Below, in pieces: positions 1-13,379 of a stretch of DNA of 64,000 nucleotides (its first letter is position 1; every line of letters begins with the position of its first letter). The stretch covers positions 53,816,001-53,880,000 of the forward strand of contig OX597819.1 in the NCBI GenBank assembly GCA_951406725.2, written 5' to 3'. Source of the DNA: Octopus vulgaris. Lineage: Eukaryota. A program made the translations under genes and the position numbers. Under the pieces are notes generated by a model. The model was not told where the DNA came from and did no database searches. It saw nothing but the letters and a program-made list of their open reading frames with translations.

Positions 1-239
1 CCTTGTATTTTAAAAATTAAAAAAAAAAACTTTTTCGATCATTGGCCTACGGTCATGCTGGGGCACCGTCATGAAGCTTTTATATTCGAATAAATCGCTA
101 CTAGTACTAATTTGTTGTTGAAGTCTTGTACTTATACTACTAAGCTACTGGCATGTAAACAAATATAACTGGTTATCAAGAGGTGGTGGTGGTGGTGGTG
201 GAACAAACACAGACACAAAAACATTCACACACTCACACT

Positions 240-274
<35 letters not shown>

Positions 275-292
275 TGGTAAGAAGGTTGCTAT

Positions 293-780
293 AGGCGCAG
301 GCGTGGTTGTGTGGTAAAAAGCTTGCTTCACAACTACATGGCTCCGGGTTCAGTCCCGCTGCGCGACACCTTGGGCAAGTGTCTTCTACTATAGCCTCAA
401 AGCCCTGTGAGTGGATCTGGTACACGAAAACTGAAAGAAGCCTGTCGTATACATACATACATGTATGTATGTATGTATGTATGTATGTATGTATGTATGT
501 ATGTATGTATGTATGTATGTATGTATGTATGTATGTATGTATGTATGTATGTATGTATGTACGTATGTATATACATGTTTATGATTGTGTGTTTGTGTCT
601 GTGCTTCCAACCATCGCTTGACAACCGATATTGATATGCTTATGTCCCCGTAACTTAGCGGTTTGGCAGAATGAACCGATAGAATAAGCACCAGGCTTAC
701 AAAGAATAAGTCGATGTCTTCGACTAAAAGGCGGTGCTTCAATATGGCCACAGTCAAATGACTGAAGCAAGTAGAAGAAT
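293..780 (+). mobile_element. CORE-like (OR2-type) SINE with internal (ATGT)n
   Basis: tRNA-like head, accttgggcaagt CORE-like motif, internal microsatellite, tail aatgactgaa.caagta. Confidence 0.85.
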
Positions 781-889
781 ATATAAATATATGTCTATGG
801 CCAGCTGGAGGAGTGCGTCCTCCTGGGGCTAAAAACTACAGTAGCATCCACCCTAGGGGTTAGCCATATTGAAATGGCAAAAATACGTC

Positions 890-951
<62 letters not shown>

Positions 952-1748
952 TATATATGTGCGTGTGCATATATATACACATACACCCAATGAGTTTCCA
1001 TACAGTTTCCGATGCTATAGTAGACACTCGCCCCAAAATGCCGAGCAGTGGTATTGAACCTGATACCATAAGGTTACAAAGCGGGCTTCTTAACCACGCA
1101 AGCATGCCGGAATCTTGTTTAGACACATTAAATAATTTCTCCCATTATTCCGCAAAAGTAAATAAAAAACGAGACAGACAGAAATATTGTCGGTTGTTAC
1201 GTATTAAACATAATTAATGTTTCGCTTTGTTAAATAATTAATTGTGTTTTACATACAGAATATAGTATTAACCTGTTCTACTAACTAGCGTGTTACTCTG
1301 CGGTGCTTAAATGACAAACAGCTGCCGGCTTGTTTATAAACAAGACATACACCTCTGCCCGCACCCCATACACATACATACATACATACATACATACATA
1401 CATACATACATACATACATACATACATACATACATACATACATACATACATACATGTGTGTGCGTAGAGGACGGTCTGTTCTCTTTTGTGTCTTAAATTA
1501 GAATTCATAAATGTTTAATATGATCTATATTTGTAATCCACGCACAAGCACAAATATGCCTTCAAAAACGGGTGGGCAATGCACACCCACCCCGCCCACC
1601 GAAATAGATGTATATGTATTTTACTTTTGAATGTAAATGAATCTAGATGTTACCCTGGTGCTTCGAATAGCGACTGATATGTTTTCCACTTCAAAAATTA
1701 TGTGTCTTTGTGTGCGTGTGTGTGTGTGTGTATTATACATACACCGAA

Positions 1749-1800
<52 letters not shown>

Positions 1801-1804
<4 letters not shown>

Positions 1805-1996
1805 AGAATTCGCAAAAAAAAAAAAAAACAAGACGAAGACAGGTGGTGTAGGCAACAAACAGATGTATTAGTATAACGCTCGGGGGAAGTGAAAAAGTCT
1901 TTAACGTTTCGAGCCTACGCTCTTCCACAGAAAGAAACAAGGAGAGAAAATAAAGAATGTGTAGTGGCTAGCGATCAGTCATGGCGAAAGCCGGAC
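1801..1996 (-). mobile_element. Short PLE pseudo-LTR fragment in (TA)n with hammerhead-like motif
   Basis: Minus strand tcttt ctgtggaa GAGC gtag GCTC GAAA cgt t aaaga (1898-1935), embedded in TA repeat. Confidence 0.45.
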
Positions 1997-2011
1997 ATAT
2001 ATACACATATG

Positions 2012-2054
<43 letters not shown>

Positions 2055-2321
2055 CTTACATACATACACACACACAACTGAACACTTATAGAATTTAAAT
2101 ATATGAGTCAAAAGGGAAGGAGACAAAAATATGGCTTCCAATTAGAATAATCTCCATTGGTCAGTTTCGTTGCCGTTGATATGTTAATGGCAGCAGTTGT
2201 TCTAGCTTGCTCTTTTACATGATAGAGGGAACATCTACCACGCGCAAATGCTGGCTGGTCTGTGACAGTAGATGGATATGTTTTTCTGCTGGTTCTGTTC
2301 CATGTGGCAAGATGAACAGTC

Positions 2322-2788
2322 GAGCTGGCAGAAACGTTAGCACGCCGGGCGAAATGCTTAGCAGTATTTCGTCTGCCGCTACGTTCTGAGTTCAAATTCC
2401 GCCGAGGTCGACTTTGCCTTTCATCCTTTCAGGGTCGATTAAATAAGTACCAGTTACGCACTGGGGTCGATATAATCGACTTAATCCGTTTGTCTGTCCT
2501 TGTTTGTCCCCTCTGTATTTAGCCCCTTGTGGGTAGTAAAGAAATATATATAATTAAAGGTGGCGAGCTGGCAGAAACGTTAGCGCGCCGGGCGAAATGC
2601 CTAGCGGTATTTCGTCTGCCGCTACGCTCTGAGTTCAAATTCCACCGAGGTCGACTTTGCCTTTCATCCTTTCGGGGTCGATTAAATAAGTACTAGTTAC
2701 GCACTGGTGTCGATGTAATCGACTTAATCCGTTTGTCTGTCCTTGTTTGTCTCCTCTGTGTTTAGCTCCTTGTGGGCAATAAAGAAAT
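2322..2788 (+). mobile_element. Head-to-tail pair of Meta-like SINEs
   Basis: Two copies of gagctggcagaaacgttagc...gcctttcatcctttcggggtcgat...aaagaaata inside a 13-bp TSD aagatgaacagtc. Confidence 0.88.
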
Positions 2789-3795
2789 AAGATGAACAGT
2801 CTAGTAGTGTTAGGCTACTTAGTATTTTGGGTAACTCATTTTGTCGCTCTTTGCAATGACAGGTAGTACTGCTGCTTGATGCAAGGGCAATAATAACAGC
2901 ACAATGAGAAAGTAGTTGTCCATCATGCTATTACTGCCTTTGCATTTGCATGTGGAGTTTCGAGGGGTGTAAGTGAACAATGGTTTGAAGTAACAGGACA
3001 TTTGTTTGAATGCATCGAAGTGATTGGTTGGTTTTTCTGTTGGTTGAACACAGCGAGCTTTGGCAATATTTGCTGCGTCTCCTTGATCCCATTCATCTGG
3101 AGACTCCGGGATCAAAGAAATGATGCCCTCATCACATCGAATGTATGTATGTATGTATGTATGTATGTATGTATGTATGTATGTACATATATACATAAAA
3201 TTGCTGGCCTTGTACCAAAATTAGAAAGAATATTATTTGGGTTGTCGTTGTTGTTAAGTGAAAGTCTGTCTCAAGCCTCCAGACAGATTAGGCTGGAGCT
3301 TACATCGGTTTCCACGGTGTTTAACTGACAAGACTCTCTTCTGAACGGGAGTCAGTCCGTGGCAAGGTCAAACACCCACCGCACGTCATCTGTTGATGGT
3401 TCTTCTGTTCTGCTGAATTGACTGAAGTAGTGTGAAATAGAGTGCCTTGCTTTGCTTAATAACACAATGCGCTACCCAGTCCGAAATGCACTCACGAGTC
3501 ATTGTTCGATCCGAGATTATAGTAGAAGACACTTGCCCAAGGTGACATGTAGCGGGACGGAACCCGAAAGCACTTGGTTAAAGACTTTGAGTTGATTTCA
3601 TGCTATTTCTTGAATTAGTATTTCTCTGACGTTGCAAAAATCTTTTAAAAAAACCGAAAACGAAAACAAAAAATGGTAAGAAAAGAAAAAAAAAGAAACT
3701 TTGGTGGGAAAATGATTTTAAAAAAATGTATTTAGAACTACGTATTGCCTGGAACCACTTGTTTAGAAAGGATTCTTAAAAATCTTACTGTTAAT

Positions 3796-3827
<32 letters not shown>

Positions 3828-4374
3828 GAGTGAGCGAGCAGAGCATGCCATCAAAGTGACACTGGGGTAAAATATACGAAGCCCAGTATACCCATCATGA
3901 CTACCCGTCTGATAAGGGTACACCAGGCACATGCATCACAACCGTATGTGCGCGATATGGTGATCTCATATCAAGATAAACAGCACATGACCTTGCAGGT
4001 GGAGCCCAGTTAGAATTTTCTTCAGATCGAGTAACCCATCCTGCTCAAATGGTCCCTGAATAAGGGTTGTTTAAGGACGTTGAACGAAACACCCATGTTT
4101 CCAGAGGTGAATTATTCAAACCCCAAAGAATCCTTCTCAACACATGAGTGCTCCCCCACTACTTCTGCTCGTGATCAGAGATGCACATATCGTCAGCCAC
4201 TAAGGGACATGCTCAACTGGTTATGGTCAAACAACTGACAAGCAAATCTGTGGTATTGAGCAGAATATTTGCTGTAGCCCATCTTTTATACCAAGACAAA
4301 ACAATGTACATGATAACACTTCCAATTAGTTAAGATCAGAAGCCATGAGAGCCACTGCCTGGTACTGCATCTGG

Positions 4375-4376
<2 letters not shown>
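3828..4376 (-). mobile_element. Interspersed repeat between (TTA)n tracts, probable retroposon 3' region; partial copy at 55185-55345
   Basis: Second diverged copy in window (attcaaacccc.aagaat...aagcaaatctgtggtatt); orientation inferred. Confidence 0.5.
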
Positions 4377-4445
<69 letters not shown>

Positions 4446-4449
<4 letters not shown>

Positions 4450-4872
4450 CGGCAAGCTGACAGAATCGTTGGCACGCCGACAAAATTCTTAGCGACCTTT
4501 CGTCCCGCTTTACGTTCTGAGTTCAAGTTCTGTCGGAGCCGACTCTACCTTTCATCCTTTTGGGGTCGATAAAAAGATACCACTACAGTACTGAGGTCAA
4601 TGTAATCGACTTACCGTCTCCCCCAAAATTTCAGGCCTTGTGCCTATACCAGAAACGACCTTTTTTTTTTAAGGTGGCGAGCTGGCAGTATGGTTTAGCA
4701 AGCTGGGCAGAATGCTTGGTGACATTTCGTCCGTCTTTACGTTATGAGTTAAAATTCTGCTGAGGTCGACTTTGCCTCTCATCCTTTCGGGATCGATAAA
4801 ATAAGTACCAGTCGATGTAATCGACTTAGCTCTTCCCCCAAATCTGCTGGCCTTGTACCAAAATTTGAAACT
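4446..4872 (+). mobile_element. Two short Meta-like SINE copies (subfamily ending ggccttgtgccaaaatttgaaac)
   Basis: Further copies near 5590-5800, 6500-6860, 10105-10320, 34950-35290, 41880-42050, 42870-43030, 43740-44340, 47850-48100, 50450-50910, 54310-54500, 56355-56525. Confidence 0.75.
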
Positions 4873-4907
4873 ATTATTATTGTTGTTGTTGTTGTTGTTG
4901 TTATTGT

Positions 4908-5090
4908 TATTTCCATTAGCATCTTCTTTCAATTCTGTTTCTATTTCTTACCGAGTGTCTTCCTGACACCTAGGGTAAAGAAATGCACTGTATACATTGG
5001 TAGGCCATTAAAGCAAACACATCAGATTGTTCATTTACAAAGTAATGTGATAGAGAAAAAGAGGAAGACAGAGTAAAAGGAAAAATTATC
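4908..5090 (-). mobile_element. Dong-like 3'UTR fragment
   Basis: Shares ccgagtgtcttcc.gac.cctaggg.aaagaa...tatacattggtaggccattaaa with 35340-35415; flanked by TTA/TTG repeats. Confidence 0.6.
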
Positions 5091-5100
5091 ATTATTATTA

Positions 5101-5483
5101 TTATTACCTCCGCCTTAGCGAAGGCGGAGGTATTGTTTTCAGCCGTGTTTGTTTGTTTGTCCGTGGACAAGATATCTCAAGAACTACTAGATGAAATCGA
5201 ATGAAACTTTCAGGAGTGTTTGGCCTCGTGACTGGCACGAACTGAGGGGATCGATCTTTGGGGATCGATCCGGTACCGGACAAGGATCAAGGATTCTGGG
5301 TTATTTTTCCGGTTTTCTTAACTCAACTTTTGAGAGAGGTCGGGTTCATTTTTAGTATTCTTGTTTGTGAGAGCAGTCGAGTTTATTTCAGATATTCTCA
5401 TTTTAAAAACCATCTCCGGCTAATCGTTGAGAGTACGTTGGTGTTGCTTTAGCGGAGGTTTGTTCTCTCTGAGTACTCTTGTT
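5101..5483 (+). mobile_element. Helentron-associated (HINE/DINE-1-like) element
   Basis: subTIR acctccgcc, adjacent inverted ggcggaggt, (gttt)n, 3' subTIR gcggaggt and short 3' hairpin, inserted in TT context. Confidence 0.75.
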
Positions 5484-6958
5484 GTTGTTGTTGTTGTTGT
5501 TGAGCCCTAGACCTTGGTCGGTTTTCCAGTTTCCTAAGTGATCGACCTGATAACGTTCCCTCTGAACGGAACGCCTGTCCATTGCAGGCTTCAAGGCCAG
5601 CAATTTTGAAGGGGGGGGGGGGTGCACAAGTCGATTACACTGAACCCATTACTTGACTAGTACTTTATTTTATCAACCCCGAAGGGATGAAAGGCAAAGT
5701 TGACCAGCAGGATTTGAGGTCAGAATGTAAAAAGAGCCGGAAGAAATGCCGCAAAGCGTTTTATCCGACGTGCTAACGATTCCGCCATTTCGCCGTCTTA
5801 GTATTAATCGTTAAATTAATTTTCTTTTCGACGTTGTTTTAATCTGAATCTTTTTAAGAAATCCACCAACACCTTGCAAATAATCTTTCTGTTCCCTCTA
5901 AGTTCCCATAACTGTGATCTGATATGTTTTACTATCTCTCTGGTCTATGCTAATTTGTTTCTTTTGTGGTATACTTAAAAGTAAAATAAAACGATTCGAG
6001 TTAAAAGGTAGGGTGTGTGTGTGATTTATAGCTTCTGTGTTCACATCGTGTCCTGAATAATTAAAGCCAAGAGACTTGGTTATTTATTTTTTTTGTGCGA
6101 GATTTCATTGTTTTATTTATTTGTTTGTATTGTATTTACTTATTTAAATATTTCAATTGTTGACGTGTTTTTAAGTTTGGGATTATTTTAAAAGTCTATA
6201 AAGATTCATGTTGTGAGTATGTTTATTGCCACTGACTAAAACGAAAGCAATTTAAAATATTTATTATAATTCCTTACCTGATATTTTCATAGCAAGACTA
6301 TACAGTACACCTGGATGTCTATGGCTTTTTATCACCAGTAGATTGTTTTGTTTATTCCAGGTAGTAAGGTTTGGTATTTATAATGCATCTTAGCTATTGT
6401 ACTCTAACATACAATAGCATAGATAAATAATTAGTTATCTATCGAGAATAATAATAAACCAGACCTCATACCGTGATAGCCTACTAACTAATTCTTTCAG
6501 ATAGAGGTACAAGGCCTGAAATTTTGTTGGGAGGGTGCTAGACGATTACATTGACCACAGTGCTCAACTGGTACTTATTTCAAATCGGTAGAATTTGAAC
6601 TCAGAACGTAAAGAGCCGGAAGAAATGCAGTTAAGCATTTTATGTATTGAGTGCTAACAATTCTGCGAACTCACCACCTTTATGTTTAACTTAATAATTC
6701 TTTCTAGTTTTGGCACAAGGCTTGGAATCTTGGGGAAGGGGCTTGTCGATTGCATCGACCCCAGTGCTCGGCTGGTACTTATTTTATCAACCCCGAAAGA
6801 TGAAAATGCAAAGTCAACCGTGGCGGAATTTGAACTCAAAACGTAAAGGACAAAATGCTAAATATTTTGCCCGCTCGTCGTCGTATATTTAACTAAATAA
6901 CAGCAGGATGAAGTAAATGTACTAAATGGTCTAAGAGATTGAATTTGTTTCGTTTGTA

Positions 6959-7449
6959 CGAGGTCAGATGAAAAAGTACCGGGAATGTTGCTATGGTAAC
7001 AGAACTTAAGTACGCAGAGTAAAGCCACTTGAACTCTGTCGCGCATGCACCCTAAGTTCTCACTCACTTCCGTAGTTTGTGGCATTGCTTTGAAGTAAAG
7101 TATGTTGAGTGTGGTCGTCTAAAAAAGATCTGGTTTTAGCTGCGCAGGATCTCCTTGATTGTGTCGAGGTAGACGAAATCTTTTTGGAAATGATCATATC
7201 AGATGATGGATCGTGGGTCTGTGGTTATGACCCCAAAAGCAAAACAAAAATCAAATCACACTGAAAAAGAACAAGATTTCAAAACACCGAGGAAATCGAA
7301 GAGAATGCTCGCTATCCCAAAATAGGAGTTTCAGGAATGCTTTCATCAATGAAAACGATACTGGACAAAGCGTGTAACTTCGAAGGAGATTAAATTCCGA
7401 ATTGATACGTGTTGTAGCACCAGTCCCGATAATTTTTGATCAGGCCTCG
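6959..7449 (+). mobile_element. Degenerate non-autonomous mariner
   Basis: TA|cgaggtcagatgaaaaag...tttttgatcaggcctcg|TA; relic DDGSWVCGYDPKSK. Confidence 0.7.
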
Positions 7450-8414
7450 TATTTTCAGTACTTACAGCTGATTTCAGTGCAGAATTTTCTTACAGTGCTC
7501 ATAGTTTCTATAACGTTTCTCCTTAATTTTCATAACTGGTAGAATTTGGTAGAACGTCTTAGAAATATCAAGTATATTATGGCTTACTGCTTCACTTAGG
7601 TAACTAATAAACATGGTGTTGTTTAGCCTCAGATGGTCTCTTATCGAGCAAACCTATGATCAAAGGCATTCCAGTTATGACCATTCCGTCTTTTTTATGG
7701 TTATACAGGAATACACGCTCTTACGTTTCTCTCTTTGGTTAAGATGTTGGTGTGAATGATTTGAGGGAAATTTGGTTGCTATTACTTGCAGATCGAGCGA
7801 CTGTGTGAGCCTCCTTCGTTGAGTCAATGTATGTACAGGGTGTTTCATAAAAATAGGACACGTTTTAAATGCAAATAACTGGGACTCGCAGAGGCGAAAG
7901 TGTATTAGACATAACCGAGGTTTATGAGTTCATAACAATGTTCGAGGTTAGAATATCACTTCTTTTAGATTGTTATCACCCCCGAGAGATTCCCAGGCTC
8001 TCCTTGTCATGGCCACCATAGTACTGTACAACACGTCCGCTGAGACCTTGGGAATTACAAATATAATGCATGCTATAGTTATAAAACACTCTATATAATA
8101 AGTAACGACATGGCGATACAAACTTGTGTCAGACCAGGCTGGGAGTAAGAGACTCATGAGGGCTTTTATGTTGGGGTTCAGCTGTAACATAGCTGGGAGG
8201 AACTGGGGGATCCACCTCGGGCTACGCTTTTATGGTAGCAGCACTTTTGGGTCAACTGTATAAGCCTATAGGGGCTTATGCCCCCAGGGTGTGCAAACTC
8301 AAGGGCTGCGCTAGTTACGCCACTGGGTTCAGTGTATTATCTAAAGAGTGTGCACACATACATAACGTCATAATTTTAATTTTCTTAATGATATCGTTTA
8401 TCTAAGTGTCATTT

Positions 8415-8724
8415 GCGGAGGTGCAATGACCCGGTGGTTAGGGTAGCGGACTCGCGGTCGGAGGATCGCGGTTTCGATTCCCAGACCGGGCGTTGTGTGT
8501 AATTATTGAGCGAAAACACCTAAAAGCTCCATGAGGCTCCAGCAGGGGCGGTGGCGACCCCTGTTGTACTCTTTCGCCCCAACTTTCTCTCACTCTTTCT
8601 TCCTGTTTCTTGGGTAACGCTGCGATGGACTGGCGTCCCGTCCAGCTGGAGGGAACACATACGCCACAGAAACCTGGAAACAGGGCCCATGAGCCTGGCT
8701 AGGCTTGAAAAGGGCGCATAAAAA
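8415..8724 (+). mobile_element. tRNA-Arg-derived SINE with V-domain-like segment
   Basis: A/B-box head with TCG anticodon-like loop, ctgcgatggactggcgtcccgtccag segment, A tail, 11-bp TSD aagtgtcattt. Other copies 26920-27077 (-), 58731-58960 (+, TSD actcaaggacacc), 60660-60862 (-). Confidence 0.85.
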
Positions 8725-8879
8725 AAGTGTCATTTACATGCACATTATGTGTTTTGGCTTTAGGGAAATGCTTCTAGATAAACGACTTATTTTTTCTATA
8801 TATTTATATTTTTCCTTTCGTAATTAATAAAAAAAACATGAAGAAAACTGATCAGTCACGGCCCTTAGAACTTTTATAA

Positions 8880-9750
8880 ACCGTTTAACATGTTGTTCAA
8901 GATTCTTGCAGCCGGTTTCTTTAAAAAAAGTTATTCACTTTTGGTAAATACAGGAAATATTTACTTAGTAAATCACATTGAAGTATGTTGTGTATGTCCT
9001 AAAAATTCTGGGTTGAGCCATGTATCACGTCAATTTACCGAAACTTTGCAATTTAATATTAAGTTCATTCAGATGCAATGTAAAATTCTTGGAACATATA
9101 AAAAAGTCTACTGAGGCAAGCAACATCATTTAACTGAGGAAAACACGGCTCCATGCTTTTCATACCTAAAAATAATATAATTTCACTTAAAAAGGCAACA
9201 CACCCTACTGTACACTGTTTTAAATTTGGAAATCATTTGAAACTGATTCAACTCCATTTAAAAGCAAATTAAATTATTGTTTAGGTGAAACCCTTTCGGC
9301 TATCAATTTGACTTCGTCATAACTTTCATTTCACCTTTGAAATCTTTAAAGCCTAACTCATTCTTAGGCTTTGTAATAGCGTCCTTATTATGAAAGTCAT
9401 CAAATGGAAGTGGTTTCCATTTCACAAAAGCTTCTGTAATAAACCCACCAATACTAAAACTTGCAGCTTTTTCAACAGAAAGATCTTGCCAAAAAATTAA
9501 ATTAACCAATCTATAGGATGAAATAAAAAGGTGACCAACAGTCTAAGTTCGGCCTAGATTTGCGGTACTTTTGACAAATCTGTCTCTCACAAAACAATAC
9601 AGTCACTTTTGTCTTTTCCTGGCGTGTTTTGAGGCAACTTCTTAATATCTCATAAATAGAATCTCCATGAACATATCGTGCAATGATAGCTAAGTCATCA
9701 AATAAAAACATTGGACAAGAGTTTGTTTATTTTTTTAAATAAATAATCAC
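8880..9750 (-). mobile_element. hAT (GTF2IRD2/SPIN/Charlie-like) transposase relic
   Basis: Minus-strand relics FLSEIILFL...FPQLND...LHLNELNIKLQSFGK. Confidence 0.55.
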
Positions 9751-11284
9751 CACTTAGTAATTTTCTACGATCAACAATGCTCGGTGAAATACTAAAATTT
9801 GCAGTTTACTCAATGGAAAGATCTTGCCGAAAATTTTAATAAGTTTTCTGATTAGACGCGTTTCCATTTTAGCTGTTGCAATATATATTCTTTGCGGTTT
9901 TCAACAGTTTTTTCTATGATACTTAGCGCCAAATGTCTTTTTACATTCTAAGTTCTATTCACAGCCTTAAAATGCTTACAAATAAACTTTAATTTCATGT
10001 AAATTATAAGGACAAGAAACATAGGAAGTTTAAAAAAAGATCCTGATTTAGTAAAGTTTCTATTTTATTCTCTATTCGTTATTTTTAGGACTTCTTTGCT
10101 AAGGTTGTAAGCTGGCAGAATCGTTAGGGATGAGAGAGACAAAAACTCTTTGTGGGTTTTTTACCGGCTCTTTATACACTGAGTTCAAATTTCACTAAAG
10201 CCAATTTTTGCTTCCATCTTTTTGGGGTCAATAAAATAAGTACCAGTTGAACACGAACACCGCGGTTGATATAATCGACTAGTCCTCTCCCCTAAAACTG
10301 CTGGACTTGTACCAAATTGTTTTTAAGGCGTCTGATTTAATCGGACATCACTGGAGTTTCTATTCTTAAAACCAACTTCATGTAATTAAGATCCGAACTC
10401 CAAACGGTTTACTATAATAATCGATACCTTGTTATCGATCTTCTTGCCGTTATTCCCAGTATACCACGAATAGCTAAAACTCACGACATGTATTGACACT
10501 AGAGGAGGGTTTAACATGTAACCCAAGTTACAGCACATAGTTTATAGAATGACACGAATTACTAACTTAAACAGACTGACAATTTATTTCCATGATTAGC
10601 TGACTGATTATATAGAAAAAAATCAAGCTTTACTTCGGTGACAGCGCAGATAAATGACGCATATAAGAGAGACGTGAGTTTAAAGAGCAAGAACATTTTT
10701 CTACTCAACAATAATGTCTACGTGTACAAAGAACTTTTAGTTTCTTTTGTACGTTTGCGGTGAAGAGAACGGGTAGTTAATATTCCTAGATTTTATTACC
10801 TTCGGACGACTAATTAATTTCTCGGCTCAACCCTGAACTAAGGAGTTTAAGTGGATGAGCAATCAGTTCTGTGCTCTTATATCTATCTAGCGAATCGATT
10901 GACCACCGAGGGCTGTGGGTGGGTTGGGTCCATATAAATTTTGTCAAAATTTAACTGCAATAAACTGGTTATACTTCTATAATACATAAAGTATTTGAAC
11001 AATTTTTTTTATATAGATCCTAATGATATCTAATCATAGAAATATAACAGGATAGGATTTTCTAACAGCGAATGGCTAGGATGGTGCACCTGAGTAAAAT
11101 AGGAATCAAAGGGGTCCATAGGTAAAAATGGTTGAGAAAGACTGACCTAAAGCAAACAGTGCTTCTCAAAGTGGGGCGCACGCCCTACTGGAGTGGTGTG
11201 GGCTATTTCAGAATGGAGTATCATTAACAAGTGGATTATCTTGCCATAAAATTTTGATTAAAACTTTGTTGAAATATACGTATA

Positions 11285-11722
11285 TAGGCGTGGCTGTGTG
11301 GTGAGAAGTTTGCTTCTAAACCATATGGTTTCGGGTTCAGACCCACTGCGTAGCACCTTGGGTAAGTGTCTTCTACAATAGCCTCGGGCCGACCAAAGCG
11401 CTTGAGTGGATTTGGTAGACGGAAACTGAAAGAAGCCTGTCATATAAATATATACATACACGCACGCACACACATACACACACACGCATATGTATGTATG
11501 TATATACTTTGTGTGTGTCTTTGTGTCTGTGTTTGTCGCCCCCCCCCCCCGGCCATCGCTTGACAGCCGATGTTGGTGTGTTTACGTCCCCATAACTTCG
11601 CGGTTCGGCAAAAGACGCCGTTAGAATAAGTACTAGACTTACAAAGAATAAGTTCTGGAGCCGATTTGTTCGACTAAAACCCCTTAAGGCAGTGATCCAG
11701 TATGGCTGGAATAAAAGATTAA
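11285..11722 (+). mobile_element. CORE-like SINE
   Basis: Same family as 293-780. Confidence 0.85.
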
Positions 11723-11750
11723 AAGAGTGTATATGTATATATATATATAT

Positions 11751-11795
<45 letters not shown>

Positions 11796-13313
11796 ATGTT
11801 AGAACTTATACATATACTTCAGAATAAAGCGTTAGTCGAGTACAAAGCGTAATATGAAATCAAATAATTGGCTAAGGAACAGGAAATTAATGCAATGAAT
11901 TTCATTGGCTTACAGCTGTTTCTGCTATGAGATACAGGCTAGATACTAACTCTGTTTATGATGAGGCGCACTTCTTTTTATTAATGAAAGTGGGGTGTGG
12001 GACAAAAAAAAGTGAGAAGCACAAACCTAGAAGTTTATTTTGCTAACTGTTGAAGGTGATGAGGTTGTTATTGTTGTTCGTCGTGTTTAATCACTTGTCA
12101 GCCCTGATCGAGGAAACATATGATCAAAAGCATTCCGGCTATGACCATCCCATCTTATTTTTAGATGTATTACATTTACAATCACATTATCCAATGTATC
12201 TTTTCCTTTTTGAGACACTACTATATGATTTTGAGGGAAATTTGGCAGCTATTTTTAGCAATTCAAGTGACCACATAGAGACTTCTTATTTAGTGAACGC
12301 ATAAAAGCTTTACTGCTTTTGACTCGGGAGATTTGGCTGCTATTTCTAATATTGTATTGTCTGCTAGCAAGCTTTTGCATCCCTCTTCGAATGACACTTT
12401 TACAATCGAATAAAGACGCATTATGGCGGATTAATATCTGCCTAAATTGAAAACAAAGCAGGAGATCATAAAACAACCCCTCGTTCATTGTGTGAAATCC
12501 TTTAGTACACGCTTGAAGAGTGAAGCCATATTCCCCCTAAATATAATCTTAACAGACCGTGAAACTTTCTAATGCTTAAACTAATTTACCGTGAAATTGC
12601 TTTGACGAACTCAGTTGAGCTTACTTCTATCACAGCTTTATGACTGGCTTAGTGATGATAGTTAACTAGAAAAAGCTTATGAATATATATATATATATAT
12701 AGTTGGCATAGAGAATAATGTATTTTATTTTTCTTCGTAAGCAAATTGTTTGCATGGCATATAATCGAAAGATTGTTTTCTATCGGCAATTTAGAAAAGA
12801 AAATGGCCAAGAAATTGTAAAATGATAGAGAGCCGAATGAGAAAGGATGTTTCATGATATCTGGCATTTCTCGGTTCAGTATTCTGTTACTGTGTGTTTA
12901 TTTTTGATGCTGAACGCGTGGTCGTCAGGGAATAAAGTTAAGATCATAACAAACTTGGTTTGTAATAAATTCTCGAGTGTAATAGTTTCTGTTCACTTGT
13001 TCTTGCTAATGCCTTTGCGAAAACTACTATTGTGAAATTTTATGTACGTCTTTCAGACTTTGATTTGAACCCATGCAGGGGAATTGATGGCATACAACAA
13101 CGAAAGAGCGCCGGAGATCTTGAATATCGAAAGCCCTATCTTCTCTTTCTTTAAAAATATGTTTTCAAAAAGGGATTGAAATGTCTCGGATTCGGATATC
13201 TTTCAGCAAAATGGAGTATTTCATGTTTAAAAGTAATTGGCTAATTCGTTCGAAACTGGCTGAATCAAAAGCAGTAAACTCAGACGGACGCACACGCACG
13301 CACGCGCGCACAA

Positions 13314-13353
<40 letters not shown>

Positions 13354-13379
13354 TTACATATATAGTTATATACATATAA

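Noticed and set aside
2819-3196. 125-aa minus-strand ORF
   Set aside because: No recognisable domain, starts in a microsatellite; probably decayed TE.
8417-8492. tRNA-Arg gene
   Set aside because: Head of a SINE with body, A tail and TSD; several diverged copies in the window.
13057-13155. Possible terminal exon after tctttcag acceptor
   Set aside because: Short peptide with no recognisable homology and no partner exons.
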